DNA of 64,000 nt from Armatimonadota bacterium (GTDB taxonomy: Bacteria > Armatimonadota > SYMT01). The notes under the pieces are model-generated. The model saw only the letters and a program-made list of their open reading frames with translations. It was not told where the DNA came from and did no database searches. Of this stretch, positions 9,477-21,600 are shown piece by piece (position 1 is the first letter of the stretch; every line of letters starts with the position of its first letter). The stretch lies in NCBI GenBank assembly GCA_046292385.1, contig JBKBRF010000014.1, positions 31,955-95,954 on the forward strand, read 5' to 3'. A program made the translations under genes and the position numbers.

Positions 9477-10001
9477 CATCAGCACCAGCCCCGCCACGAG
9501 CATCGCGAGCGCCGTGGCGAGGAGGCGCTTGCGGCGGTCCCGCAGGTACTGGATCATCTCGGTCACTTCGGTGCTGCGGGCGGCGTAGCTCCGGGCCAGC
9601 ACCTCCTGCTCCGGCACCACCGGCTCTTCCTGCTCGATCTGCGGATCGAGGGTGAGCAGCGACAGCTCTCCGGCCAGCTCGGAGACGGTGCGGAGGGCGC
9701 GGTCCACTACCGCTTCATCCTGCAGGAACGGCACGTAGAGATGGAGGCCGGTCTCCTCATAGGGGAAATCGGCGCGGCCTCGCTGGGCCTCCGGGTCGTC
9801 CTCCGGAGGCTCGAAGGTAAAGGCGAACTCCCCGCCGGAGGCATCGACGCACCGGTAGAGCACCGACGTCGCCGTATCCGGCTCGTCGTCCTCGGAGGTC
9901 TCCCGGCTGAACCCCGGACGGGTCGCCAGGGCGGTGTCGAGCTCCTCAACGTGGAGCACCGGCTGACCGACGCGGCGGTAGAAAATCAGCTCCCAGGCCA
10001 C
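9336..10001 (-). CDS. Hypothetical protein with C-terminal transmembrane anchor
   Basis: GTG start at 10001 has AGGGAGA SD 5 nt upstream. An acidic N-terminal region is followed by a TM helix (LLATALAMLVAGLVLMLLLVSGLL). Confidence 0.45.
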   Translation of the reverse strand: MAWELIFYRRVGQPVLHVEELDTALATRPGFSRETSEDDEPDTATSVLYRCVDASGGEFAFTFEPPEDDPEAQRGRADFPYEETGLHLYVPFLQDEAVVDRALRTVSELAGELSLLTLDPQIEQEEPVVPEQEVLARSYAARSTEVTEMIQYLRDRRKRLLATALAMLVAGLVLMLLLVSGLLGPRDRPNRERNSLQPERIDAPGAGAHQHAQRHRFRLAA

Positions 10002-10131
10002 TTTGTCTCCCTAACCCACCGTCGCGCCTGCCGCGGGGCCGGCGGCGCTTGCCCTGGCAAACGGCTACGTGGTACGATGGCGGCACGGAGCCGCCCTTCT
10101 CACCTTCGCGCTCGCTCCGCCGGATACATTC

Positions 10132-10560
10132 ATGGGACGCGCAATCGCCATACTTTCGGTCGTGGTGGTCTGCAGCTTCGGACTGGTGCTGCTCCTCCTC
10201 TGGATGCGGCGTCCCGGTGCTTCGGACCGCCCGCCGACCCCACGGACGCTCCTGCAGACCCGGGAAGACGGCTCCCTCTACTCCGTCGGTCTCCGCATGG
10301 AGCGGCTGGAAGACCGGCTGGTCGACGAGGAGAAGCGGTCGCTGCGCCTGGAGCAGCAGCTCGAGACGCTCCGCCAGGAGCGGGACACGCTGCAGGGTAA
10401 GATCGGTGGGCTGGAAGGCGAGGTGAGCCGCCTCCAGCGCCAGCTCCGCGAAGCGCAGCAGCGCCGCGAAGAGCCGGAGGAGCCGGCCCCCGAAGTGGAA
10501 ACCCCGGAGCCGACCCCGGAGCCGAATACGCCCGGCGTAACCCCCGCTCCCACCCCGTAG
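10132..10560 (+). CDS. Membrane-anchored coiled-coil protein (N-terminal TM, heptad-rich middle, Pro/Glu/Thr-rich tail)
   Basis: ATG 10132 is chosen over GTG 10069. TM helix AIAILSVVVVCSFGLVLLLLW followed by LEDRLVDEEKRSLRLEQQLETLRQERDTLQGKI coiled coil. Confidence 0.45.
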   Translation: MGRAIAILSVVVVCSFGLVLLLLWMRRPGASDRPPTPRTLLQTREDGSLYSVGLRMERLEDRLVDEEKRSLRLEQQLETLRQERDTLQGKIGGLEGEVSRLQRQLREAQQRREEPEEPAPEVETPEPTPEPNTPGVTPAPTP

Positions 10561-10579
10561 CACCCCCTAGAGAGTGATT

Positions 10580-10625
10580 CGAACCAGAGTAGAGAAGGAG
10601 AACGAGAAGGAGTAGGAGTAGGAGC
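10580..10625. repeat. Purine-rich dispersed repeat GAGAAGGAGAAcGAGAAGGAGTAGGAGTAGGAGCGGCCGT (second copy, inverted, at 38463-38510)
   Basis: Near-identical sequence ending ...GTAGGAGCGGCCGT is found as the reverse complement at 38463-38510. Both are intergenic and downstream of genes. Confidence 0.6.
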
Positions 10626-10683
10626 GGCCGTGCCCGGGAGGTCCGGCTTCATCCCTCATCCTTCCTCGTTCATCCCTCGAAAG

Positions 10684-13968
<3,285 letters not shown>

Positions 13969-13971
<3 letters not shown>

Positions 13972-14056
13972 AGGCAAAAGGCGAAAGGCAGAAGGCAAAA
14001 GGCAAAAGGCAAAAGGCAAAAGGCAAAAGGCAGAAGGCAGAAGGCAAAAGGCTAAA
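13969..14056. repeat. Heptanucleotide microsatellite (ARAAGGC)x~12 directly upstream of the dnaE2 start
   Basis: Read directly: aaaaggc/agaaggc/gaaaggc units repeated ~12 times. A related tract in inverse orientation occurs at 21549-21600. Confidence 0.9.
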
Positions 14057-14116
14057 GGGTGGACCCGGGAAGTGCTGTTCTGCTTTCGGGGCGGGGTCGC
14101 TTTTCGGGCGCAAGCC

Positions 14117-14200
14117 TGTGCCAGCGGTACTGCCGGAGTGACGCGCTTGCGCGGCCCTTCATTCCGTGGTGAAGTCGGCTTCGCCCAGCAGGGCCCCGCA
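14117..14200. repeat. MITE/REP-like element, partial copy (one arm) of the palindromic element at 44024-44165
   Basis: GTACTGCCGGAGTGACGCGCTTGCGCGGCCCTTC...GTGAAGTCGGCT.CGCC matches both arms of the 44-kb copy at >85% identity. Confidence 0.7.
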
Positions 14201-14448
14201 GAAGGAGTACCTCCGAGATATCAATCTTATGTTTGCATTCTACAGCATAAGACGCCGCTCCGGCCCCCGGTTGTCTCCCCGCAGAGGTGGCAGTTTGCGG
14301 CAATCGGCCCGCCTGCGGCTCGAGCACGATGCTCCCTCCGCTCGGCGAAGGCGTCGGCCATTTGTCACCGCCTGTGAAAAAATGGACAAAACGCCGGAGT
14401 AAAACTCCCCACCCGTAGACCGCGGGCGAACTTCCTTGTGGAGAGGAG

Positions 14449-15699
14449 GTGAGCCCCCTGTTACGAGGTGGAGACGTGCAAGAGATTCAGACCCTTAAAC
14501 GGCAGGGCCTGTCGATCAGCGCCATTAGTGCTCTGACCGGCTTCGATCGCAAGACGGTGCGCAAGTATCTGGCCGAGGCGGCGCCGGTGCCGGCCTACGG
14601 CCCCCGCACTCCCCGGCCCAGCAAACTGGAGCCGTTCCGGCACTATCTCGACTCCCGGCTGCAAGCCGGCGTCTGGAACGCACAGGTCCTGCTCCGAGAG
14701 TTGCGGGAGCAGGGCTACCCGGGCGGTTACACGCTCGTCAAAGACTACCTGCAGCCGCGGCGGCAAGCCGCGCGGGAGGTCGCGGTGCGGCGCTTCGAGA
14801 CCCCAGCCGGACACCAGGCACAGGTGGACTGGGGCGATCTCGGACACCTGGAGAGCCCCGACGGACGGCAGCCGCTCTACGGCTTCGTCCTCACCCTCGG
14901 CTACAGCCGGGCGATGTTTGCCCAGCTCGCCACGGACCAGACCCTCTCCACGCTGCTCTCCCTGCACGAGGCGGCGTTCCACGCGCTCGGAGGCGTGCCG
15001 CGGGAGATCCTTTATGACCGGATGAAGACGGTGGTGCTGGGGGTGGACGAGCGCGGCGAGATCCGCTGGCACCCGCTGTTTCAGGACTTCGCCCGGTACT
15101 GGGGCTTCACGCCGCGGCTCTGTCGGGCTTACCGCCCCCAGACCAAAGGCAAAGTCGAGAGCGGCATCAAGTACGTGCGCCGCAACTTCCTCTGTGGGCG
15201 CACCGCCACCTCGCTCTCCGATCTGCAGGATCAGCTGCGGGTCTGGACCGCCGAGGTCGCGCTGCCGCGCGTCCATGGCACCACGCATCGAGTCGTGCGG
15301 GAGGCCTGGGAGGAGGAGCGGCCACACCTCCTGCCGGTGCGGGGACGGCCGCCGTTTCCCCACTGCCCCGCCCTGGTGCGGCGGGTGAGCCGCGATGCTT
15401 TCGTGAGCTACCGGAGTAACCGCTACTCCGTGCCCTGGACCGCCGTCGGCCAGGAGGTGACCCTGCGTGAGCGCGGCGGAGAGCTGGAGATCGAGCTCGG
15501 AGGCGTCCGGCTCGCTTGCCATCCGCTCTGTCTCGGTAAGCACCAGGTGCGCACGGTCCCGGCTCACCACGACGGCCTGCCGGAGGCAGTCAGCGAGCGG
15601 CCCGGCGGTAAGACCCGGATCACGGTCCCGCTCTCGGGGCCGGAAGTCGAGGTGCGCTCCCTCTCCGCCTACGAGGCGCTGGCGGGAGTCGCGGCATGA
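14449..15699 (+). CDS. istA: IS21-family transposase IstA (HTH + DDE integrase core)
   Basis: GTG start after GGAGAGGAGG SD. N-terminal HTH LKRQGLSISAISALTGFDRKTVRKYL. DDE region with the ...YRPQTKGKVE motif typical of IstA. Confidence 0.9.
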   Translation: MSPLLRGGDVQEIQTLKRQGLSISAISALTGFDRKTVRKYLAEAAPVPAYGPRTPRPSKLEPFRHYLDSRLQAGVWNAQVLLRELREQGYPGGYTLVKDYLQPRRQAAREVAVRRFETPAGHQAQVDWGDLGHLESPDGRQPLYGFVLTLGYSRAMFAQLATDQTLSTLLSLHEAAFHALGGVPREILYDRMKTVVLGVDERGEIRWHPLFQDFARYWGFTPRLCRAYRPQTKGKVESGIKYVRRNFLCGRTATSLSDLQDQLRVWTAEVALPRVHGTTHRVVREAWEEERPHLLPVRGRPPFPHCPALVRRVSRDAFVSYRSNRYSVPWTAVGQEVTLRERGGELEIELGGVRLACHPLCLGKHQVRTVPAHHDGLPEAVSERPGGKTRITVPLSGPEVEVRSLSAYEALAGVAA

Positions 15700-16516
15700 G
15701 CCGGACGAGCAGCACGAGCCGGGTGGCGGTCATCGACCGGGTGCATCAGGCGCTGGTGAGCCTGGGCTTGCCGGAGATGGATGGGGTCGTGGAGACGCGC
15801 CTGGAGCAGGCCACCCGGCAGGAGCAGGCCTACGGCGAGTTCCTCGCGGAGCTGCTGGAGACCGAAGTTCAGGCCCGCCGGGAGCGGTATCTCCGCACCC
15901 GGATGCGCCTGGCCCATCTCCCAGCAGTGAAGACGCTGGAGCAGTTCGACTTCGGCTTTCAGCCGAGTATCGACGAGCGCCAGATCCGGGAGCTGCAGAC
16001 CCTGCGGTTCGTGTCAGAGGGGAGCAACGTGATTCTGCTGGGACCGCCGGGGGTGGGCAAAACCGGGTGCCCCCTGGGCGCATGGCGATCGCGCTCGCGG
16101 TGGAGACGGTGCGCTCCGGGCACGGCGCGTACTTCATCACCGCCCACGATCTGGTGAGCGATCTGGGACGTGCCGCGCGGGAGAACCGGCTGGACCGACG
16201 GCTGCGGGTCTATCTGGCGCCGAAGGTGCTGGTGGTCGACGAGATGGGCTACCTGCCGCTGGATACGGTGGGGGCGACGATCTTCTTTCAGCTCGTGAGC
16301 GCCCGGTATGAACGCGGCAGCATCGTGCTGACCAGCAACAAGAGCTACGGCGAGTGGGGCAGCGTGTTTGGGGATCCGATCATCGCCACGGCGATCCTGG
16401 ACCGATTGCTGCACCACTCGACCACGGTGAACATCCGAGGTGAGAGCTACCGGCTCAAAGAACGCCGGAAAGCGGGTCTCCTCTCCGCCCCCAAACCGGA
16501 GGAGACCCGTCCGTAG
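15696..16516 (+). pseudogene. istB: IS21 helper ATPase IstB, disrupted by a frameshift just after the Walker A motif
   Basis: Frame 1 gives ...LLGPPGVGKT then GCPLGAWRS (stop at 16157). The remainder, RMAIALAVETV...LVVDEMGYLP...LTSNKSYGEW...RLLHHSTTVNIRGESYRLKE, continues in another frame to 16516. Offset is 17 nt between GKT and MAIAL instead of 9, i.e. a frameshifting indel near 16065-16085 (or an assembly error). Confidence 0.7.
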
Positions 16517-16924
16517 AGAGAGCTGGGTGGGGAAGATTACTCCGGCGATTTGGGGATTTTCACTTCGGCGTTGACACATTCGCATGGTGCGGCAGCTCGA
16601 GCCCGAGGCGTCCGGAGGCGCAGCCGGAGGAGGCCACTTGTGACCACCCCTGGAGCTTCAGGGGTGGTCGCTCGAAGGCCCGGGAGGCAGCCCGTGAACA
16701 CAGGCAAGGTCGAGATGACGGTGGTGGCGCGGGAAGAGCCTGACGGGGAATGCTCCCGCAGCGGCCTGCTAGCGGAGGCGAAGCCGGAGCGTGAAAAGGC
16801 CGCGGAGGGCCTTCGTCGCGGGAGGGCTGCCTCCCGGGACAAGGGCGCGGGGTCGGACCGCGGGGCCGACGCTGCTCTGCGAGATGAGGAGCGTCTCACG
16901 CGCGGACGGAAACGAAACGGAACA

Positions 16925-16962
16925 AACGCAGAGAGGCCCCTCCATCGCTGATGGAGGGGCCT
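16925..16962 (-). terminator. Rho-independent terminator downstream of tRNA-Glu
   Basis: Perfect hairpin GAGGCCCCTCCAT-cgctg-ATGGAGGGGCCTC (16932-16962), followed on the minus strand by a U-rich run (UGCGUUUGUUCCGUUUCGUUUCC). Confidence 0.6.
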
Positions 16963-16971
16963 CTCACTCGA

Positions 16972-17045
16972 TAGCCCGTAGGGGATTCGAACCCCTGATC
17001 TCCTGGCTGAGAACCAGGCGTCCTGGACCACTAGACGAACGGGCC
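16972..17045 (-). tRNA. tRNA-Glu (anticodon CUC), 74 nt
   Basis: Hand-folded. Acceptor GGCCCGU/ACGGGCU (G1-U72 wobble). D-arm GUCU/GGAC with UCUAGUGGUCCAGGAC typical of tRNA-Glu. Anticodon stem CCUGG/CCAGG, loop UUCUCAG. T-arm AGGGG-UUCGAAU-CCCCU. Discriminator A, no encoded CCA. Confidence 0.8.
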
Positions 17046-17220
17046 TCGCTGACGAAAGAGATCTTAACATGCAGGTGCGTGGCTGGCAAGCCCCAGATTT
17101 TGAGGTTTCGTGAGAGACCGTCGGAAGGAGTTGGAGGAGAAGCAAGGGAGCGCAGCGAAGCATTCGCCGGAAGTCCGCCGAACTGCCGCTCGACCTGCGG
17201 TACCGTCGAGGGAGGGGCTC

Positions 17221-17631
17221 GTGGTCCGAGTGCTCTGCGTGGAAGACGATCCGCTGGTCCGCACCTACCTGGCCACCCGCCTGGCGCTGGAGCGGGACCT
17301 GGAAGTGGCCGCCGTAGTCGGCACCGCCCCCGAGGCGCTTGCCTACCTGGCCGCGCACCCGGTCGACGTGGTGCTGCTCGACTACGTGCTGGAGAACAGC
17401 CCGGACGGCATGCAGCTCCTCGGCGCCATTCTGGCGCGGCGGGCGGAGCAGGGCTCCCGCACCCCGCGAGTGCTCTTCTGCACCGGCATGGCCGACCTCG
17501 ACTTCGAGCGGCGCGCCCGTGCGGCGGGCGCGGACGGCGTGCTCGCCAAGAACCGGATGGCGGACGACCTTACCACCGCCGTCCGCGCGGTCGCCTCCGG
17601 CGCCTGCTGGTTCTCCCCGAAGGGCGTTTAA
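17221..17631 (+). CDS. Orphan single-domain response regulator (CheY-like receiver)
   Basis: GTG 17221 with GGAGGGG SD. VRVLCVEDDPLVRTYL...VVLLDYVLENSPDG...LFCTGMAD receiver signature. No cognate kinase adjacent. Confidence 0.8.
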   Translation: MVRVLCVEDDPLVRTYLATRLALERDLEVAAVVGTAPEALAYLAAHPVDVVLLDYVLENSPDGMQLLGAILARRAEQGSRTPRVLFCTGMADLDFERRARAAGADGVLAKNRMADDLTTAVRAVASGACWFSPKGV

Positions 17632-18440
17632 CTCTCTCCGACCGGGTCGGTGCCGCCGGGGAGCGGGAGGCCGCCGTGGGCGGTCCAGCCGCCGTCGACG
17701 TAGAGCGCGGTGCCGGTGACGAAGCTGCTCTCCCGCGCGGCGAGGAAGACCGCGGCGCTCCGGATCTCCCCCAGCTCTCCCCAGCGGTGCTGCGGAATCA
17801 TCCGCAGGTACGACTCGAACAGCTCCGGGTTCTCCTGCAGGCGCAGGTTGTACGGAGTCCGGAACGGGCCGGGGCAGATCGCGTTGACGGTGATGCCGTG
17901 CTGCGCCCACTCCAGCGCCATCACCCGCGTGAGCTGGAGCAGGCCGCCCTTCGCCGCGCAGTAGGCGCCGCGCTCCGGCAGGGCGATCGAGCCGAGCGAC
18001 GAGGAGATGTTGAGGATCCGCCCGTAGCCCGCGCGGAGCATGTGCGGCGCCACCTCCCGAGCCAGCATGAACGGCGCGTCGAGGCAGACCCGCAGGATGC
18101 CGCTCCACTCCTCGTCCGAAAGCTCCAGCAGCGGACGCCGCAGCCCCGCCCCGGCGTTGTTCACCAGGATCTCCAGGTGGCCGAATTCCTCCAGCGCGGT
18201 AGAGACGAGCCGGCGGACCTGCTCCCGGTCGGTCACGTCCGCCTCGACCCCGACCACGCGGCGGCCCGTCTCCCGGGCGATCCGCTCCGCCGCCTCCGCC
18301 GCCTCGGCGCCCTTGCGGCTGCAGAGCAGCAGGTCCGCCCCCTGCTCCGCCAGCGCCGTCGCCATCTCGTAACCGAGCCCCCGGCTGCCGCCGGTCACCA
18401 GTGCTGCCTGTCCGGAGAGATCGAACACGAAAGACTCCAT
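17628..18440 (-). CDS. Short-chain dehydrogenase/reductase (FabG-like SDR)
   Basis: TGGSRGLG cofactor motif, NNAG, catalytic S...YxxxK (YCAAKGG), 270 aa. Confidence 0.9.
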   Translation of the reverse strand: MESFVFDLSGQAALVTGGSRGLGYEMATALAEQGADLLLCSRKGAEAAEAAERIARETGRRVVGVEADVTDREQVRRLVSTALEEFGHLEILVNNAGAGLRRPLLELSDEEWSGILRVCLDAPFMLAREVAPHMLRAGYGRILNISSSLGSIALPERGAYCAAKGGLLQLTRVMALEWAQHGITVNAICPGPFRTPYNLRLQENPELFESYLRMIPQHRWGELGEIRSAAVFLAARESSFVTGTALYVDGGWTAHGGLPLPGGTDPVGES

Positions 18441-18442
18441 TT

Positions 18443-18500
18443 GATGTGTAAGAAAGGAGATAGGGGGATGAACTGGGGATACGGGGATGTCTTAAGGGCA
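18443..18500. repeat. Dispersed repeat GTGTAAGAAAGGAGATAGGGGGATG.A.TGGGGAT.(C/G)GGGGATGT (second copy at 49028-49092)
   Basis: Two copies at ~85% identity, both intergenic and G-rich with GGGGAT iterations. Confidence 0.65.
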
Positions 18501-18544
18501 GAGGGATGAGAGCGGAGTGCGGAATTCACACCCTGTGCACGAGA

Positions 18545-18612
18545 GGTTCGGTCCTCTGCACTCCGCCCTCTGCACTCCGTCCTCTGAATTCCGTCCTCTG
18601 CACTCCGTCCTG
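18545..18612. repeat. Tandem 13-mer repeat (CCTCTGCACTCCG)x4-5; a shorter 2-unit copy occurs at 48205-48240
   Basis: Read directly: cctctgcactccgcc / ctctgcactccgt / cctctgaattccgt / cctctgcactccgt. Confidence 0.85.
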
Positions 18613-18617
18613 ATTGA

Positions 18618-21158
18618 TCATCGCTCCCGCTCCAGGTCATTCTCCTCCCGGCAGAGGCGGACGGACCGCACGGCGCGGCGGCCGGCCATCGGAAGCGTGG
18701 CGACCAGCAGGATCGAGAGCAGCGCGCCGAAGACGAGGAGCAGCGCCGGCAGCAGCTCGCTCACGGCCTGCTGGCTCAGGAGCCGGCGGACCATGAAGAG
18801 GCTGCCGAAGAGCAGCGCCATCGGCATTCCGATCGGCACGATCAGGCGCGCGGTCTTGATCAGGTTGCGAAGCAGGCTGGGCGGGCGCCAGTCGTCGAAG
18901 GCGGAGTAGGCGCCGTGGAGCGACAGCAAGACGATGAGCGCGAAGCTCCAGAGCCAGACCGCCGCGGTCCACCACGGCGCGTGGAAGACCAGGGCGGTCA
19001 CCAGCGCCGCCGCCGCAAGGGAGAGGCAGCTGGCGAAGAACGGCAGGTTGGTCGCAACCGCCGCCGCGACGGTGCCGGCAACCAGGTCGCGATCGTCGGC
19101 GCAGGTGATGAGGAGGTAGTGGAAGCGCTTCTGCTGGCGTCCGGTGGAGCTCTCCATCATCACGTGCGACATCAGCCCGAGTACCCCGCCCTGCATCAGG
19201 GTCCAGAGGATCAGCAGCGAGATCCCGAGTGCGATGGCGCCGCCGACCTGAACCTCCCAGAAGGCCGGCTGCAGCAGGAACGCGAGCACCAGGCTCGGAT
19301 AGCCGAGCTGCGCCATCGTGAAGAGGAGCCCCACCATCAGGAGCAGCATCACGCCCAGCGAGGCCGAGATGCCGAGCTGGATGCCGAGCTGGACCGGCCG
19401 CCGCAGCATCCGGTGGGCGGCCAGGGTGAACTGGGCGTTGTCCCACCGCTCCGCCAGCCGCAGCAGCCACCGCTCCGCCCAGTCCCGGTTCAGCCGCTCC
19501 GCGCGCGCCTTCTGCTCGCGGGAGCGCGGACGCAGCTTCAGGCCCAGCGCCAGCAGCAGCAGGCCGGCAGCGGCGGGCAGCGCCAGCGTCGCCGCCGCGG
19601 GCAGCGGGGAGCCGCCGCGGGCCAGGCCCGGCAGGAGCTGCATGAAGGTGTAGAGCGGGCTCCAGGCCGCGGCCCAGTGCGCCCACTCCGGCAGCCCGGG
19701 CCGGGTGGCAACCCCGAGCGGCGCGATGTAGCCGACGACCGCCAGGAACGACGCGGCGACCGCCCAGCCGGGGGTCTGGACCTGGCCCGACTTCGGATCC
19801 GGCGCGCCGAGGAAGCTGCGCCATCCGGCGCCGAAGAGCACCACCACCGCCGCCAGCACCAGTAGATCGCCGAGGGCGTGGACCGTGTCCGGCCAGGGGG
19901 AGACCCCGCCCAGCGCGCCGCAGAGCAGCACCAGCAGCGCCGCTTGGCCGAGCCATAGCAGCGCATCGCTCGTCCCTCCGCGCAGCACCGTGCCCGGGCT
20001 GGTGCTGCCGTACCAGCCGAAGCGCTGCCGCTCCAGCGTCGCGATCAGCCCCATCCCGCCGTAGAGCACCAGCAGCCCCGCCAGGCCCGCCGCGGGTGTG
20101 GCGGAGCCGACCAGCCGCCCCAGCGTGCCGCTCTCCACCATCCCCCACGAGAAGCCGGCGACGGTGACGAAGAGGAGCGCGCTCCCGATGCGGCCCAGGC
20201 GCTGCTTGAGCAGCCACTCTTCCTTGCGCGCCGTCTCCTCCGGCAGCAGCACCTGGGTCCGACCGCCGGGGAGCGACTGCACGAACGGCTCGCGGGTCCA
20301 CATCTCCGCCCCGCCGGTGAGCGCGTGCGCGCGGGAGACGGCCCAGACGAAGAAGAGCGGCCAGGCGGGCGTGAGCACCCAGTCGAAGAAGCCCTGCGGC
20401 TGCCAGATGAGCCGCGCCAGGGCGGCGATCACGCTCAGCGGCAGGATGGCGCCGTACTGGCTGCCCACCGCGCGAGCCACCTGCCGGAAGATCGCAGTGA
20501 TCAGCGGCAGGATCACCGGGCGCATCAGGAACTGAAAGCCGAACTGGAACGACAGGATCCAGACGAGACTCTGGCTCGCCTGCGCCTGGCTCACGTTCTT
20601 CCCCTTGGCCGTCACCGCGTCCGGCGAGTGACGGGCCACCAGCCCCATGGAGACCTCCATCGGGCCGGGCGGCGCGAAGAGGAGGGCGCCGTAGAGGATG
20701 TAGAGCGCCACCACGTCGCCCGGGTTCACGCTGCCGTAGGCGATGAGCAGCGCGTAGAGCGGCAGCGGCACCAGGATCGCCACCGTCCGCAGGAAAGCGC
20801 GCGCCACCCCGATCTTGCCCAACAGCTCTCGCGGCGCCTGCGGCAGGATCCGGATGAAGTCGAGGCGGTCGGCGGTCGCCTCCTGCTGGAGGGAGTAGGT
20901 GGCGCTCCAGCAGACGGCGGCCACCACCAGGTGGAGCAGCGAGAGGATGCTGAAGAGCACGATGCCGGCCGGCGCGGGCAGGGAGCGCGGCTCGACGAGG
21001 CCGAAGGCGTCCAGGGCGTGGAAGCCGAGGATCGGCAGCGACAGCGCGAGGATGCTTCCCAGCGAGATCTTCCAGCCGAAGCCGCGGCGAGCCCAGCGGC
21101 GCATGTCCCGCCAGAGGAACGGGTTGTCGGCGACCCAGTCGGTCCAGAGGTGGCGCAT
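18618..21158 (-). CDS. Large polytopic membrane protein (846 aa), paralogue 1 of 3; tandem-duplicated ABC-2-permease-like modules
   Basis: The N-terminus WVADNPFLWRDMRRWARRG resembles the N-terminal NPxxxRELR motif of ABC-2 type permeases (recalled from memory; see findings). It is followed by multiple TM clusters, with a second internal module. Shares the motif and architecture with 21598..23658 and 23675..25621. Confidence 0.6.
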   Translation of the reverse strand: MRHLWTDWVADNPFLWRDMRRWARRGFGWKISLGSILALSLPILGFHALDAFGLVEPRSLPAPAGIVLFSILSLLHLVVAAVCWSATYSLQQEATADRLDFIRILPQAPRELLGKIGVARAFLRTVAILVPLPLYALLIAYGSVNPGDVVALYILYGALLFAPPGPMEVSMGLVARHSPDAVTAKGKNVSQAQASQSLVWILSFQFGFQFLMRPVILPLITAIFRQVARAVGSQYGAILPLSVIAALARLIWQPQGFFDWVLTPAWPLFFVWAVSRAHALTGGAEMWTREPFVQSLPGGRTQVLLPEETARKEEWLLKQRLGRIGSALLFVTVAGFSWGMVESGTLGRLVGSATPAAGLAGLLVLYGGMGLIATLERQRFGWYGSTSPGTVLRGGTSDALLWLGQAALLVLLCGALGGVSPWPDTVHALGDLLVLAAVVVLFGAGWRSFLGAPDPKSGQVQTPGWAVAASFLAVVGYIAPLGVATRPGLPEWAHWAAAWSPLYTFMQLLPGLARGGSPLPAAATLALPAAAGLLLLALGLKLRPRSREQKARAERLNRDWAERWLLRLAERWDNAQFTLAAHRMLRRPVQLGIQLGISASLGVMLLLMVGLLFTMAQLGYPSLVLAFLLQPAFWEVQVGGAIALGISLLILWTLMQGGVLGLMSHVMMESSTGRQQKRFHYLLITCADDRDLVAGTVAAAVATNLPFFASCLSLAAAALVTALVFHAPWWTAAVWLWSFALIVLLSLHGAYSAFDDWRPPSLLRNLIKTARLIVPIGMPMALLFGSLFMVRRLLSQQAVSELLPALLLVFGALLSILLVATLPMAGRRAVRSVRLCREENDLERER

Positions 21159-21548
21159 AGGGGATTACGTCAAAGCCGGGCCGAAAGGCAGAGTCGCCGG
21201 GAGCGCGCCGGGCGGCTCCCCCATACCAACGTTGGAGAGAGTACGGAGGTTACCCTTGTTTCCGCACGGCCGAGGTGGCGAACGATCAAGCCGGAGCCGG
21301 GTCGACCGCCGCCCCGAAGCGCGTGCCGGAAGGAGTAGCCTTCCCGCCCCGGAGGGGCGAGAGAAGATAGCCGGGGGTCAGCGCAGCGCAGCCCCCGGAG
21401 TCCGCGCCGCACCCACCGCCGCCCTGGAGGGGCGGGAGCACCACGCCGGCAGTCCCCCGCCGGAGATCGATACTCTCGGCGGGGGACGCGGCGGAGAGCG
21501 AGGGTCGCCAGCGAGCAGGAGCAGGACCTCCCGTTCACGGAGGGTTCG

Positions 21549-21600
21549 GCTTTAGCCTTTAGCCTTCTGCCTTTAGCCTTTAAGGGCCTTTTGCCTTTCA
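21549..21600. repeat. Heptanucleotide microsatellite (CTTTAGC/CTTCTGC/CTTTTGC)x~6, inverse-orientation relative of the 13969-14056 tract
   Basis: The reverse complement gives GCTAAAG/GCAGAAG/GCAAAAG units, the same GCWRAAG family as upstream of dnaE2. It lies between paralogue-2 stop and paralogue-1 start. Confidence 0.85.

Larger units (their letters stand above)
14363..16576 (+). mobile_element. IS21-family insertion sequence (~2.2 kb) with imperfect terminal inverted repeats
   Basis: Left end TGTCACCGCCTGTGAAAAAATGG...CGCCGGAGTAAAACTCCCC. The right end reverse complement is TGTCAACGCCGAAGTGAAAATCC...CGCCGGAGTAATCTTCCCC. Contains istA plus istB with an ATGA overlap. Confidence 0.8.

Noticed and set aside
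15467-16516. 349-aa ORF that could be taken as a separate gene
   Set aside because: Its C-terminal half is the out-of-frame continuation of istB. The N-terminal half overlaps istA and istB in a wrong frame. It is interpreted as an istB frameshift instead.
16537-18108. 523-aa minus-strand ORF
   Set aside because: It overlaps the tRNA-Glu gene, its terminator and the receiver-domain gene on the opposite strand. It has no motifs and an R/P/A-rich composition.
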